Assembly (NCBI GenBank): GCA_963717085.1
Contig: CAVQVM010000011.1
Location: forward strand, 233,108-297,107
From: an uncultured bacterium
GTDB lineage: Bacteria > Actinomycetota > Acidimicrobiia > Acidimicrobiales > VFJN01
Direction: 5' to 3'
DNA length: 64,000 bases
A program made the translations under genes and the position numbers. Under the pieces are notes generated by a model. It worked only from the letters and a program-made list of their open reading frames with translations. It did not search any database and was not told the DNA's origin. Positions 10,445 through 18,991 of this stretch are shown here, piece after piece; positions within the stretch are counted from its first letter, which is position 1, and each line of letters opens with the position of its first letter.

Positions 10445-11284
10445 TCAGTCGACGAAGTCGGGCACGACCTCGCGTGCGAACCGCTCGACCTGGGCGGCAC
10501 CGGCACCGGGCCAGCCGCACACCAGGTAGTCGTAGCCGGCGTCGCGCCACTTGTCGGCGTGCTTGCGCGCCGTTTGGATGTCGTCTAGCGAGAGCGAGGC
10601 AGCCCGCCTGATGTCGCCGGGATCGCGGCCTGCCTCGACGGCGAGCTGGTCGATGCGCTCGTACGCCTCACGCAGCGAGTTGGGGGTCCCGTACGCGTGC
10701 CACACGTCGGCGTACCGAGCGACGAGCGGGATCGTGCGACGCGGCCCGCTGCCGCCCACCCAGATGGGCGGGCGGGGCTGCTGCACGGGCGTCGGCCGCA
10801 TCTGCGCGTCGCGCAGTGACACGACCCTGCCCTCGTACGACACGACCTCGCCGGTGAACAGGCGGGTCACGATCTCGAGGGTGTCCTCTAGCAGGTCGAA
10901 GCGCTCCCTCGTCGACGGGAAGGGGATGCCGAGCTCGTGGTGCTCCTCGTCGTGCCAGGCCGCGCCGAACGAGAGCTCGAGACGACCATGCGACGCGTGG
11001 TCGACGGTGAGCGCCTGGGCCGCGAACACCGACGGGTGCCTGTAGGTCACCCCTGTCACGAGCAGGCCGAGCCGGATGTGGTTCGTCACTCCGGTCAGGG
11101 CGGCGAGCGTCGTCATGCCCTCGAAGGTCTCCCCCGGGCCTTCGCCGTACATCGGTTGGAGGTGGTCGAAACCCCAGGCGCCGTCGAATCCCAGCTCCTC
11201 GGCGAACCGCACGCGGCGCACGATTTCGTCCCAGGGCATGCGTTGCTGCGCAACATCGAGTCCAAACCGCATGGGCCGGACCAT
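10445..11284 (-). CDS. LLM-class (luciferase-like, probably F420-dependent) oxidoreductase
   Basis: MRFGLDVAQQ...FAEELGFDGAWGFDHL...GRLELSFGAAW. Start uncertain (11308, 11284 or 11272). Confidence 0.8.
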   Translation of the reverse strand: MVRPMRFGLDVAQQRMPWDEIVRRVRFAEELGFDGAWGFDHLQPMYGEGPGETFEGMTTLAALTGVTNHIRLGLLVTGVTYRHPSVFAAQALTVDHASHGRLELSFGAAWHDEEHHELGIPFPSTRERFDLLEDTLEIVTRLFTGEVVSYEGRVVSLRDAQMRPTPVQQPRPPIWVGGSGPRRTIPLVARYADVWHAYGTPNSLREAYERIDQLAVEAGRDPGDIRRAASLSLDDIQTARKHADKWRDAGYDYLVCGWPGAGAAQVERFAREVVPDFVD

Positions 11285-11324
11285 CTCACACCCGCGCGCA
11301 GCAGGCAACGTCGTGGCGTCAGAC

Positions 11325-11738
11325 TCAGCCGCTCGCCGCGCAGACGTCGGTGTGGAGCCTCGTCAGTGTCGACGACGCGATGCGCCAGCCGTCGCCGACC
11401 TTCTCGTAGGTCTCGTGGTAGTGCCCGTAGCCGTCGAGTCGGGTGCCGTCCGGCCAGATGACGATGTCGTGGAGCGCCCAGACGCCGGTCGCCGTGGTCG
11501 ACGATGTCAGCTCGATCTCGGGCATGTGGCCGTGGTGGACGGTCACCGCGTCGGCGAGCACGTCGCGGAGGAACGCCAGGAACTCGTCGGCGCCGGTGAC
11601 CACGCTCCCGCCCGCGGCGGTGGTGTCCATCACGACGCCCTCGGTGAAGACTCCACGGAACCCTGCCCAGTCCTTGGTGTCCATGGTCCGGAAGTAGCGG
11701 GCCTTCAGCTGCTTGATCGCTTCGACGTCGTCCATCAC
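11325..11738 (-). CDS. SnoaL-like / NTF2-fold protein
   Basis: MDDVEAIKQLKARYFRTMDTKDWAGFRGVF... is a typical SnoaL_4 N-terminus. 4-nt overlap with the upstream SDR. Confidence 0.75.
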   Translation of the reverse strand: MMDDVEAIKQLKARYFRTMDTKDWAGFRGVFTEGVVMDTTAAGGSVVTGADEFLAFLRDVLADAVTVHHGHMPEIELTSSTTATGVWALHDIVIWPDGTRLDGYGHYHETYEKVGDGWRIASSTLTRLHTDVCAASG

Positions 11739-12529
11739 GAGACCTCCGGCGCGGTGGCGAGGCCGCGCAAGCCCTGCACGCAGCCGCCGTCGACGAGGAC
11801 GTCGACACCCGTCAGGAACGACGCCTCGTCCGACACGAGGAACGCGACGACCGCGGCCACCTCCCCGGCCGTGCCGAACCGCCCGATCGGTGTGGCGTCG
11901 AGCAGTACCCGCATCATCGGCTGGGCCTCGAGCTCCTGGCGCCCCATCCCGGTGTCGATGAGCCCGGGCGACACGGACAGCGCCCGGCCGCCACGCGGCC
12001 CCCAGGCGACCGCGGATCGGGCGGCCGCCCGGATGACGCCCCGCTTCGCCCAGGCGTACGCGAGGCCGGGGTCGTCGAACTGCGCGACCACGTCGTCGAG
12101 GAAGCCGTCGGCGGTCGGGTGCTCGACAAGGGCATCCAGGTCGGGGCGTGCGCCCATGAGCTCGACCTGGTGGGCGGCGGTGGACGCGAAGCAGACCGCG
12201 GTCGACCCTGGCTCGACGAGTGGATCGAACGCGTCGAGCAGGAGCTGCGTCCCCACCAGGTCGACCTCGAGGATCCGCCGCACGTCGGCCATCGTCGGCG
12301 AGATGCCCGCGGCGTGTACGAGCGCTCGGAACGGTCCCAGCCGGCGCGCCCTCGACGCGAGCTCAGCGACCGACTCGCGATCGGAGATGTCGCAGGCGAA
12401 ACCGACGGCCCCGTCGACGTCGGGGGCGTCGAGGTCGACGGCCAGGAGGTGGTCGGCACGACCGATGAGGCGTTCGACGCATGCCCGCCCCATCCCGCGG
12501 GCCCCGCCCGTCACCACGATGACGCTCAC
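11735..12529 (-). CDS. SDR-family oxidoreductase
   Basis: N-terminal TGGARGMG dinucleotide motif; 264 aa; SDR-like C-terminal region (FLVSDEASFLTGVDVLVDGG). Confidence 0.85.
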   Translation of the reverse strand: MSVIVVTGGARGMGRACVERLIGRADHLLAVDLDAPDVDGAVGFACDISDRESVAELASRARRLGPFRALVHAAGISPTMADVRRILEVDLVGTQLLLDAFDPLVEPGSTAVCFASTAAHQVELMGARPDLDALVEHPTADGFLDDVVAQFDDPGLAYAWAKRGVIRAAARSAVAWGPRGGRALSVSPGLIDTGMGRQELEAQPMMRVLLDATPIGRFGTAGEVAAVVAFLVSDEASFLTGVDVLVDGGCVQGLRGLATAPEVS

Positions 12530-12642
12530 GGCCGCGCACCGTAGGAGATCCGGTCGGCGCGTGCTGAACGGGCGCTCAGCAGCGCCGGTCGACGACGGCC
12601 GGGCGGCGAGGGCGTCGAGACCGTCCCCGTGGATGGGCGAAC

Positions 12643-12660
12643 TAGTTTGATGTCATACTA
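12643..12660. promoter_or_regulatory. 18-bp palindromic operator candidate TAGTTTGATGTCATACTA, overlapping a TAAAAT -10-like hexamer
   Basis: Half-sites TAGTTTGAT / TAGTATGAC match at 7 of 9 positions. A near-identical copy lies at 16391-16408. Sits 44 nt upstream of the P450 start, in the divergent SDR/P450 spacer. Confidence 0.45.
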
Positions 12661-12703
12661 AAATCGCCATGCCCGGCCGTCACCGGCGCTGAACGGAACA
12701 CTC

Positions 12704-13942
12704 GTGACAGATCTGCTAGCCACGAACTTCTTCCGCGATCGATCCGTGCAGGACGATCCGTATGCGTTCTTCGATGCGGTGCGGGCTCAGTCGCCGGTCT
12801 GGCAGGAGCCGCATTACGGGGTCTTCATGGTGACCGGCCACGAGGAGGCGCTCGCGGTCTACAACGACTCGGCGGCCTTCTCGTCGTGCAACGCGGTGAG
12901 CGGGCCCTTCAAGCGATTCCCCGAGCCGTTCGAGGGCGACGACGTGAGGGACCTCATCGAGCGCTACCGCGACGAGCTGCCGTTCAGCGACCAGCTTCCG
13001 GCGTTCGACCCTCCACGGCACACCGCGCACCGAGCGCTGATGATGCGGCTCTTGACGCCAGGACGGCTGCGGGCCAACGAGGAGTTCATGGGCCGGCTCG
13101 CCGATCGTCAGCTCGACGAGCTGATCGAGGCGGGCAGCTGCGAGTTCATCAGTGCCTACGCCGCACCGTTCACGCTGCTGGTGATCGCCGACCTGGAAGG
13201 CGTCCCCGAGTCCGATCACGGGCTGTTCACCGCCCGACTGACCAAGCTGCCCGAGGACCTGGAGCACAAGCCGCTCGAGTTCCTCTACGAGCAGTTCACG
13301 GCGTACATCGAGGATCGCCGCCGGACGCCACGCGACGACATCATGACGGCGATGGCCACCGCTACCTTCCCGGACGGGTCGACGCCGGAGGTGAACGACG
13401 TCGCGCTGCTCGCCGCGAACCTGTTCGCCGGGGGGCAGGAGACCACCGTGCGATTGCTCTCGTTCGCGCTGCGGATCATCGCGGAGCGACCCGACCTGCA
13501 GGAGCGGTTGCGGAGTGATCGCGACCCCATCCCGAACTTCGTCGAGGAGACGCTGCGGTTCGAGAGCCCGCTCCGCGCGCAGTTCCGCATGGCCAAGGTC
13601 CGGACGACGGTCGCCGGCGTCGACATCCCGGCTGGGAGCACGATGATGCTCCTGCCCGGCGCGGCCAACCGCGACCCGCGCCTGTTCGAGGACCCCCACG
13701 AGTTCGACCTCGAGCGGGAGAACGCCAAGTACCACGTCGCGTTCGGACACGGCATCCACCACTGCGCCGGGGCCCACCTCGCCCGGGCGGAGGGCCGGGT
13801 CACCATCAACCGGCTCCTCGACCGCACCTCGAGCATCACGATCGCGGAGGATGCGCACGGCCCGCCCGGTGCCCGCCGCTACGAGTACCTCCCGACGTAC
13901 TTCCTCCGCGGCCTCGCCAGCCTCCGGCTCAGGTTCGCGTAG
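12704..13942 (+). CDS. Cytochrome P450
   Basis: Heme-binding loop FGHGIHHCAGAHLA, EXXR (ETLRFESP), I-helix AGGQETT. Confidence 0.92.
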   Translation: MTDLLATNFFRDRSVQDDPYAFFDAVRAQSPVWQEPHYGVFMVTGHEEALAVYNDSAAFSSCNAVSGPFKRFPEPFEGDDVRDLIERYRDELPFSDQLPAFDPPRHTAHRALMMRLLTPGRLRANEEFMGRLADRQLDELIEAGSCEFISAYAAPFTLLVIADLEGVPESDHGLFTARLTKLPEDLEHKPLEFLYEQFTAYIEDRRRTPRDDIMTAMATATFPDGSTPEVNDVALLAANLFAGGQETTVRLLSFALRIIAERPDLQERLRSDRDPIPNFVEETLRFESPLRAQFRMAKVRTTVAGVDIPAGSTMMLLPGAANRDPRLFEDPHEFDLERENAKYHVAFGHGIHHCAGAHLARAEGRVTINRLLDRTSSITIAEDAHGPPGARRYEYLPTYFLRGLASLRLRFA

Positions 13943-13959
13943 AGGCCGATCCCGATCGC

Positions 13960-14748
13960 TCAGGTCGGCTCGGGCTTCGAGGCCCCCAGCATCAGCTTGA
14001 TCTGGGACGCCGGAGGACCGGCGGTCGTACCGCCGTCGACGGGCAGCACGACCCCGGTGATCTGAGCGGAGCGATCGCTGGCGAGGAACACGGCGGCCTC
14101 GGCGACGTCCTCGGGCCGCCCGGAGCGCGGGAGCGGCTGCGTCAGCTTCATCACGGAGTCCATGTCGTAGGTCGTCATCGCGGTCCGGATCTGCCCGGGC
14201 ACGAGGCAGTTCACCCGGATGCCGTACTGCGCGACATCGACGGCGATCGAGCGCGAGCTATGGATCACGGCCGCCTTGGTGGCCCGATAGGTGATCAGAC
14301 CGGCGCCCGCGTTGATCCCGGCGGTGGAGGAGGTGTTGATGATCGATCCGCCCCCGTGGGCCTTCATGTGACGAGCGGCGCGCTGCGTGCCGAGCAGGAC
14401 GCCGAGGAGGTTGATCTCCACCACCCGGGTGAAGTCGCTCAGGTCGTCGTGCAGGAAGCGGGTCATCGAGCTGGCGACCCCCGCGTTGTTCGACATCACG
14501 TGCAGCCCACCGAACCGCTCAACGGTGAAGTCGATGAGCGCCTGCACCTGGTCGGCGTCGGTGACGTCGGTCTGCTTGAACGCGGCGTTGTCGCCGAGCT
14601 CGGCCGCCAGGGCCTCGCCCGCCTCGGCGTCGATGTCCGCGACGACCACGCTCGCGCCTTCTTCGACGAACCGCTCGACGCTGGCGCGACCGATGCCGCT
14701 GGCACCGCCCGTGACGATGGCGACCTTGCCGGCGAGCTCCTCAGCCAT
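13960..14748 (-). CDS. SDR-family oxidoreductase
   Basis: True start is MAEELAGKVAIVTGGASGIGRA (ATG 14748). Also NNAG and the YxxxK region (YRATKAAV). The longer ORF up to 15186 is a shadow extension. 8-nt overlap with the upstream gene. Confidence 0.9.
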   Translation of the reverse strand: MAEELAGKVAIVTGGASGIGRASVERFVEEGASVVVADIDAEAGEALAAELGDNAAFKQTDVTDADQVQALIDFTVERFGGLHVMSNNAGVASSMTRFLHDDLSDFTRVVEINLLGVLLGTQRAARHMKAHGGGSIINTSSTAGINAGAGLITYRATKAAVIHSSRSIAVDVAQYGIRVNCLVPGQIRTAMTTYDMDSVMKLTQPLPRSGRPEDVAEAAVFLASDRSAQITGVVLPVDGGTTAGPPASQIKLMLGASKPEPT

Positions 14749-16381
14749 CGACCGCTCCTCCCTGCACTTGGGTTCCCGCCGCCTCGCCGGCGATGTGACC
14801 CCACACGAGCGCCATGCCGATGGTCGTTCCGCCGCCGAAGTAGGCCGGGCCGGCGGGGCTGGCGATGACGTTACCGGCCCCGTACAGACCCGGGATCGGG
14901 CGGTCGCGCACGTGTTGCACGCGACCGTGGGCGTCGATCCGGGGACCGCCGCTGGTCCCGACGGCGCCCAGGTGGACCGGCAGCGCGTAGTACGGCCCGC
15001 GTTCGAGGCTGCCGAGGTTCGGATGGGCGGCCGTCGGGTCACCGTGGAACCGGTCGTAGACGCTGTCGCCGCGACCGAAGTCCCGATCCCGGCCCTCGGC
15101 GACGAAGCCGTTCCAGCGGTGGACGGACTCGCGGAGCCCGGCGGCGTCGATGCCCGTGGCGGCGGCCAAGCCGTCGAGCGTGTCATGGACGAGCAGCCAG
15201 TCCGGATCGGGCGATCCGGGTCGCGCGCTGATCACGGGGTACCGCGACCGGTACTGCTGGTCGAACACCACCCAGCACGGAAGGTGGCGGGGCGAGGCGT
15301 CGTTGGCGTCGAAGGCGAAGAACGCCTTTTGCATGTCGTTGTAGTTGGCGGCCTCGTTCACGAACCGGCGCCCGAACCGGTCCACCATGATCGAGTGCGG
15401 GGCGGTGCGCTCCACGGCGATGAACCTGGCGAGCGGCCGCCCGTCGTACTCCTCGCCGGGCACCGCGCCGGCGGGATACCACCACGCCTCGTTCATGTTC
15501 GCCAGGTCGGCACCGACCTCCATCGCCATCAGCAACCCGTCGCCCTCGTTGCCCGGTGGGCTCGTGGGGTGCGTCAGCGGCCCGGGCAGGAACCGCGAAC
15601 ACAGCTCGCCGTTCCACTCGTAGCCGCCCGAGCCGAGCACCACGGCGCGGGCCGGCAGGTCGGCCCGCCGGCCGTCGCGCTCGACGACGAGCCCGGCCAC
15701 CGCGCCGTCGTGGACGATGAGCTCAGCGGCCCGCGCGCCGAGGACGGGCTCGATGCCGCGTGCCAAGCAGCCCTCGAGGAGACCGCCGACCAGGGCTTGT
15801 CCGCACGCGACCTGCTGCGCCTGGACCCGCCGCTTGATCTCGGCGGCGTCGTACCGCTCGGGCGTGTACGACGGGCGCCACTCGACGGTGGACTCCTGCA
15901 GGGTGAGCGGCAGGCCGAGCACGGGCGCGCGGCGCAGCGCCTTCGCCCAGTCGCCGAGCCGACTCGTGTCGTAGAGGGCGGGCTCGATCATCCGACCCGT
16001 GGCGCGGGCGCCCTCCATCTCCGGGTGGTAGTCGGGCCAGGCGATCGGCGCGAAGCGGACACCCGAGCGCCGCTCGAGGCCGGCGACGATGCCAGGTCCC
16101 TCGGCGACGTAACGGGCCAGCTGCTCGGCCGGCGCGCGACCGCCGCTGAGCGCAGCCATGTACACAAGCGCTTCCTCGCCGGAGTCGCCCGCACCCGTGA
16201 CGTGGTTGCCGGGCATCCACACGCCGCCACCGGACACCGCGGTCGTCCCGCCGAGCGCCTCGGCCCGTTCGACGACCGTCACCGTCGCGCCGGCATCGTG
16301 GGCCGCCAGGGCGGCGGCGAGGGCGGCCGCCCCGGTTCCGACGACGATGACGCGTGTCTCCGGGATCGGCCCCGTGGTCAC
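14741..16381 (-). CDS. FAD-dependent oxidoreductase, 3-ketosteroid dehydrogenase / fumarate-reductase flavoprotein-like
   Basis: VIVVGTGAAALAAALAAHDAGATVTVVERAEALGGTTAVSGGGVWMP is an FAD_binding_2-type N-terminus. GTG start at 16381 has no obvious SD, so it may be leaderless. Confidence 0.85.
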   Translation of the reverse strand: MTTGPIPETRVIVVGTGAAALAAALAAHDAGATVTVVERAEALGGTTAVSGGGVWMPGNHVTGAGDSGEEALVYMAALSGGRAPAEQLARYVAEGPGIVAGLERRSGVRFAPIAWPDYHPEMEGARATGRMIEPALYDTSRLGDWAKALRRAPVLGLPLTLQESTVEWRPSYTPERYDAAEIKRRVQAQQVACGQALVGGLLEGCLARGIEPVLGARAAELIVHDGAVAGLVVERDGRRADLPARAVVLGSGGYEWNGELCSRFLPGPLTHPTSPPGNEGDGLLMAMEVGADLANMNEAWWYPAGAVPGEEYDGRPLARFIAVERTAPHSIMVDRFGRRFVNEAANYNDMQKAFFAFDANDASPRHLPCWVVFDQQYRSRYPVISARPGSPDPDWLLVHDTLDGLAAATGIDAAGLRESVHRWNGFVAEGRDRDFGRGDSVYDRFHGDPTAAHPNLGSLERGPYYALPVHLGAVGTSGGPRIDAHGRVQHVRDRPIPGLYGAGNVIASPAGPAYFGGGTTIGMALVWGHIAGEAAGTQVQGGAVDG

Positions 16382-16390
16382 GTTGACGGA

Positions 16391-16408
16391 TAGTACGACA
16401 TCAAACTA
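16391..16408. promoter_or_regulatory. Second copy of the 18-bp operator candidate (minus-strand reading TAGTTTGATGTCGTACTA)
   Basis: 17 of 18 identical to 12643-12660. Lies 10 nt upstream of the GTG start at 16381 and contains a TACTAT -10-like hexamer. Sits in the divergent spacer to the amidohydrolase operon. Confidence 0.45.
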
Positions 16409-16583
16409 AACACGGGTACACGAGAGGCCGAGCGGATAGGCCCGCAAGTGGGAACAGAACATTACGGGATTTGCACCGTGAGCCAGGCAACACAGCTCGG
16501 CCTCCGGGAGCGCTGACCACGGTGAGACCCGACAACGTGCCTATCCGCACAGGTCCTAAGGCGCGACGGGGGATGGAGGTCGC

Positions 16584-17756
16584 ATGACGGCTCAGGTAGG
16601 CACGGTCACCTATCCCCGGGATGGGTTCGGTGCCCCGAAGGACCGGCAGGGGCACGCGACCGGGTCGGTGGGTCTGCCGGCGGGTACGGAGGTCTTCTCC
16701 GCGGACGACCACATCTCGCTCGCCGAGGACATCTTCTACGAGCGGTTCCCGGACTCGCTGAAGGAAGAGGCACCCCGCGTCATCTACGACGACGGGGCCT
16801 GGACGCTGGGCTTCGGCGGCAAGTCGCTCCTCCCGAGGGAGTTCAACGCGGTGCTGATGCAGTACGACCCGCTGGCTGGTTCCAGCACCAGCGACATCGG
16901 GGCCCGCCTCGGCGAGCTGGAGTCGGACGGCATCCACCGGGAGCTCGCCTTCCCGAACGCCATGCTCGCCCTGATGGGGTGGCCCGACAAGGCCATCCGG
17001 GAGCGCTGCTTTCGCATCTACAACGAGCACATCGCCGAGCTGCAGGAACAGTCGAACGGCCGCTTCCATGGCGTCGGGATGGTCAACTGGTGGGACGGCG
17101 AGGGGTGCCGCCGGACGCTGGCCGAGATGAAGGACCTGGGCCTGAAGACGTTCTGGCTGCCCCTCAAGCCCGGGGCAGGCGAAGACGACAAGCCGATCGA
17201 CTACAACAGCCCCGCCATGTACCCGGTGTGGGAGGCCATCGAGGAGAGTGGCCTCCCGGTGGCGCACCACATCGGCGAGGCTCCGCTGTCCTCGCCGTGC
17301 CGGGACAACAGCATCCTCGTCGGCATGGTGCACAACGTGGCGCCGTTCCGCGAGATGTTCGGCCGCTACGTGTTCGGCGGGATCCTCGATCGGCACCCCG
17401 GCATCACCGTGGGCTGGTTCGAGGGCGGCATCAATTGGGTCCCGGCGGCGATCCAGGACGCGGAGCACCTCTACGCCTCGCTGCAGCACATGGCCGACCA
17501 CGGGCTCGACCACGATGTCGCCCACTACTGGCACCAGCACATGTACGCGTCGTTCATGGTCGACCCGCTCGGGCTGGAGATGATCGACCGGATCGGGCTC
17601 GAGCGGGTGATGTGGTCGTCGGACTACCCGCACAACGAGAGCACCTTCGGCTACTCGGAGCGGTCGCTGGCCAGCGTGGTCGGGGCCGTCGGGCCCGAGG
17701 ACGCCGTCAAGATCGTGAGCACGAACGTCACGACGTTCCTCGGCCTCGACACCTGA
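16584..17756 (+). CDS. Amidohydrolase-2 family protein (ACMSD/LigW-like metal hydrolase/decarboxylase fold)
   Basis: SADDHISL near the N-terminus, AHHIGE, and a C-terminal MWSSDYPHNEST motif. Confidence 0.85.
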   Translation: MTAQVGTVTYPRDGFGAPKDRQGHATGSVGLPAGTEVFSADDHISLAEDIFYERFPDSLKEEAPRVIYDDGAWTLGFGGKSLLPREFNAVLMQYDPLAGSSTSDIGARLGELESDGIHRELAFPNAMLALMGWPDKAIRERCFRIYNEHIAELQEQSNGRFHGVGMVNWWDGEGCRRTLAEMKDLGLKTFWLPLKPGAGEDDKPIDYNSPAMYPVWEAIEESGLPVAHHIGEAPLSSPCRDNSILVGMVHNVAPFREMFGRYVFGGILDRHPGITVGWFEGGINWVPAAIQDAEHLYASLQHMADHGLDHDVAHYWHQHMYASFMVDPLGLEMIDRIGLERVMWSSDYPHNESTFGYSERSLASVVGAVGPEDAVKIVSTNVTTFLGLDT

Positions 17757-18991
17757 TGAGCGCGGCGCTCACCGACGTGTCCGGGACACTGGGCCTCCCC
17801 GCGCCACCCGACCCGGCCCGGATGCGGCGCGAACGCGGCGTGCGGCTGCGAGCGGCGATGGCGGACAAGGGCATCGACGCGCTGGTCCTGCTCAGCAACA
17901 GCAACGTGACCTACGCGACCGGCGCCAGCTGGCCGCTCAGCGACCACGGCCGGGGCAACGTCGAGCGCCCGGTCGCCGTCGTCCTCGCCGACGACGATTT
18001 GCCGCACCTGTTCACGCCCTTCGCCGCCGACGTCGCAACCCAGCTCGATCTCGATGAGGACCACCTCCACGGCCCGACCTACCTCGACGTCGGCGAGGGC
18101 GTCGCCGCCTTCGCCGCTGCGCTGGCGGGGCTCGTGCCCTCCACGGCGACGTTCGCGATCGACGATGTAACCGGGGCGATGCACGGTGCCCGGGACACCT
18201 TCTTCGCCGAGTGGCCGCCGCGAAGCGCCAGCGACGTGATGGGCCCGGCCCGCCTGATCAAGACCCCCGACGAGCTCGCCTACCTCCGCCACGGGCTGTG
18301 GATCACAGAGCAGGCCATGGCCGACGTCGAGGCCCGGCTCGCGCCGGGAGCGCGCCAGACCGACCTGACCGCAACCTTCCTGCACCGCGTGTTCGAGCTC
18401 GGGGCCGAGGCGAACGTCCTCGATCCGATCTGGCAGGTGATGCCGGACCGGCAGGCCGACCTGCCGTGGACCACCCACGGCGACCTCGCCTGCCCGCTGC
18501 TGAGCACGGAGCGTGAGCTACATCGGGGCGACGTCCTCTGGGTGGACACCGGCATCAGCTTCGGCGGGTTCCACTCCGACTTCGGTCGCACGTGGGTCGT
18601 CGGCGCCGAGCCCACCGACCGACAGCAGGCCCAGCACCAGCGATGGTGCGACATCAATGACGCCGTGGTGTCGGTCATGCGCGCCGGCGTGTCCGCCGCC
18701 GATCTCACCGCAACCGCGAAGGAGGTGTGCGGCGGGGACCAACCCTGGATGTCGCACTTCTACCTGGGCCACGGCCTGGGCCTCGACAGTGCGGAGGCGC
18801 CGTACGTCGGCACCGACCTCGGCGACGGCTACGACCGACGCCTCGTCCTCGAGGCCGGCACGGTGGTCGTGATCGAGCCCGTCGTGTGGGACGAGGGGCA
18901 CAGCGGCTACCGGTCCGAGAACGTCTTCGTCATCACCGACGACGGCTGCGTGAACCTCACCGACTACCCCTACGACCCGTATGGCGACTGA
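17756..18991 (+). CDS. M24-family (creatinase/prolidase fold) hydrolase, metal ligands apparently intact
   Basis: ATG 17756 overlaps the previous TGA by 1 nt. Creatinase_N-like start (GIDALVLLSNSNVTYATG). Pita-bread motifs WVDTGISFGGFHSDFGRTW, GHGLGL, VIEP, SENVFVIT. Confidence 0.8.
   Translation: MSAALTDVSGTLGLPAPPDPARMRRERGVRLRAAMADKGIDALVLLSNSNVTYATGASWPLSDHGRGNVERPVAVVLADDDLPHLFTPFAADVATQLDLDEDHLHGPTYLDVGEGVAAFAAALAGLVPSTATFAIDDVTGAMHGARDTFFAEWPPRSASDVMGPARLIKTPDELAYLRHGLWITEQAMADVEARLAPGARQTDLTATFLHRVFELGAEANVLDPIWQVMPDRQADLPWTTHGDLACPLLSTERELHRGDVLWVDTGISFGGFHSDFGRTWVVGAEPTDRQQAQHQRWCDINDAVVSVMRAGVSAADLTATAKEVCGGDQPWMSHFYLGHGLGLDSAEAPYVGTDLGDGYDRRLVLEAGTVVVIEPVVWDEGHSGYRSENVFVITDDGCVNLTDYPYDPYGD

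Noticed and set aside
6520-16393. Long antisense ORFs within the catabolic island (6520-7734 +, 8502-10235 -, 12716-13858 -, 14387-16393 +).
   Set aside because: Each lies opposite a gene with clear catalytic motifs (BVMO, Rieske, P450, FAD enzyme). Each has a shadow-frame amino-acid composition.
12530-16583. KstR/KstR2-type operator motifs in the island promoters.
   Set aside because: I could not find sequences fitting the TnnAACnnGTTnnA or AnCAAGnnCTTGnT consensus as I remember them. The conserved motif present is a different 18-mer and is reported as a finding.
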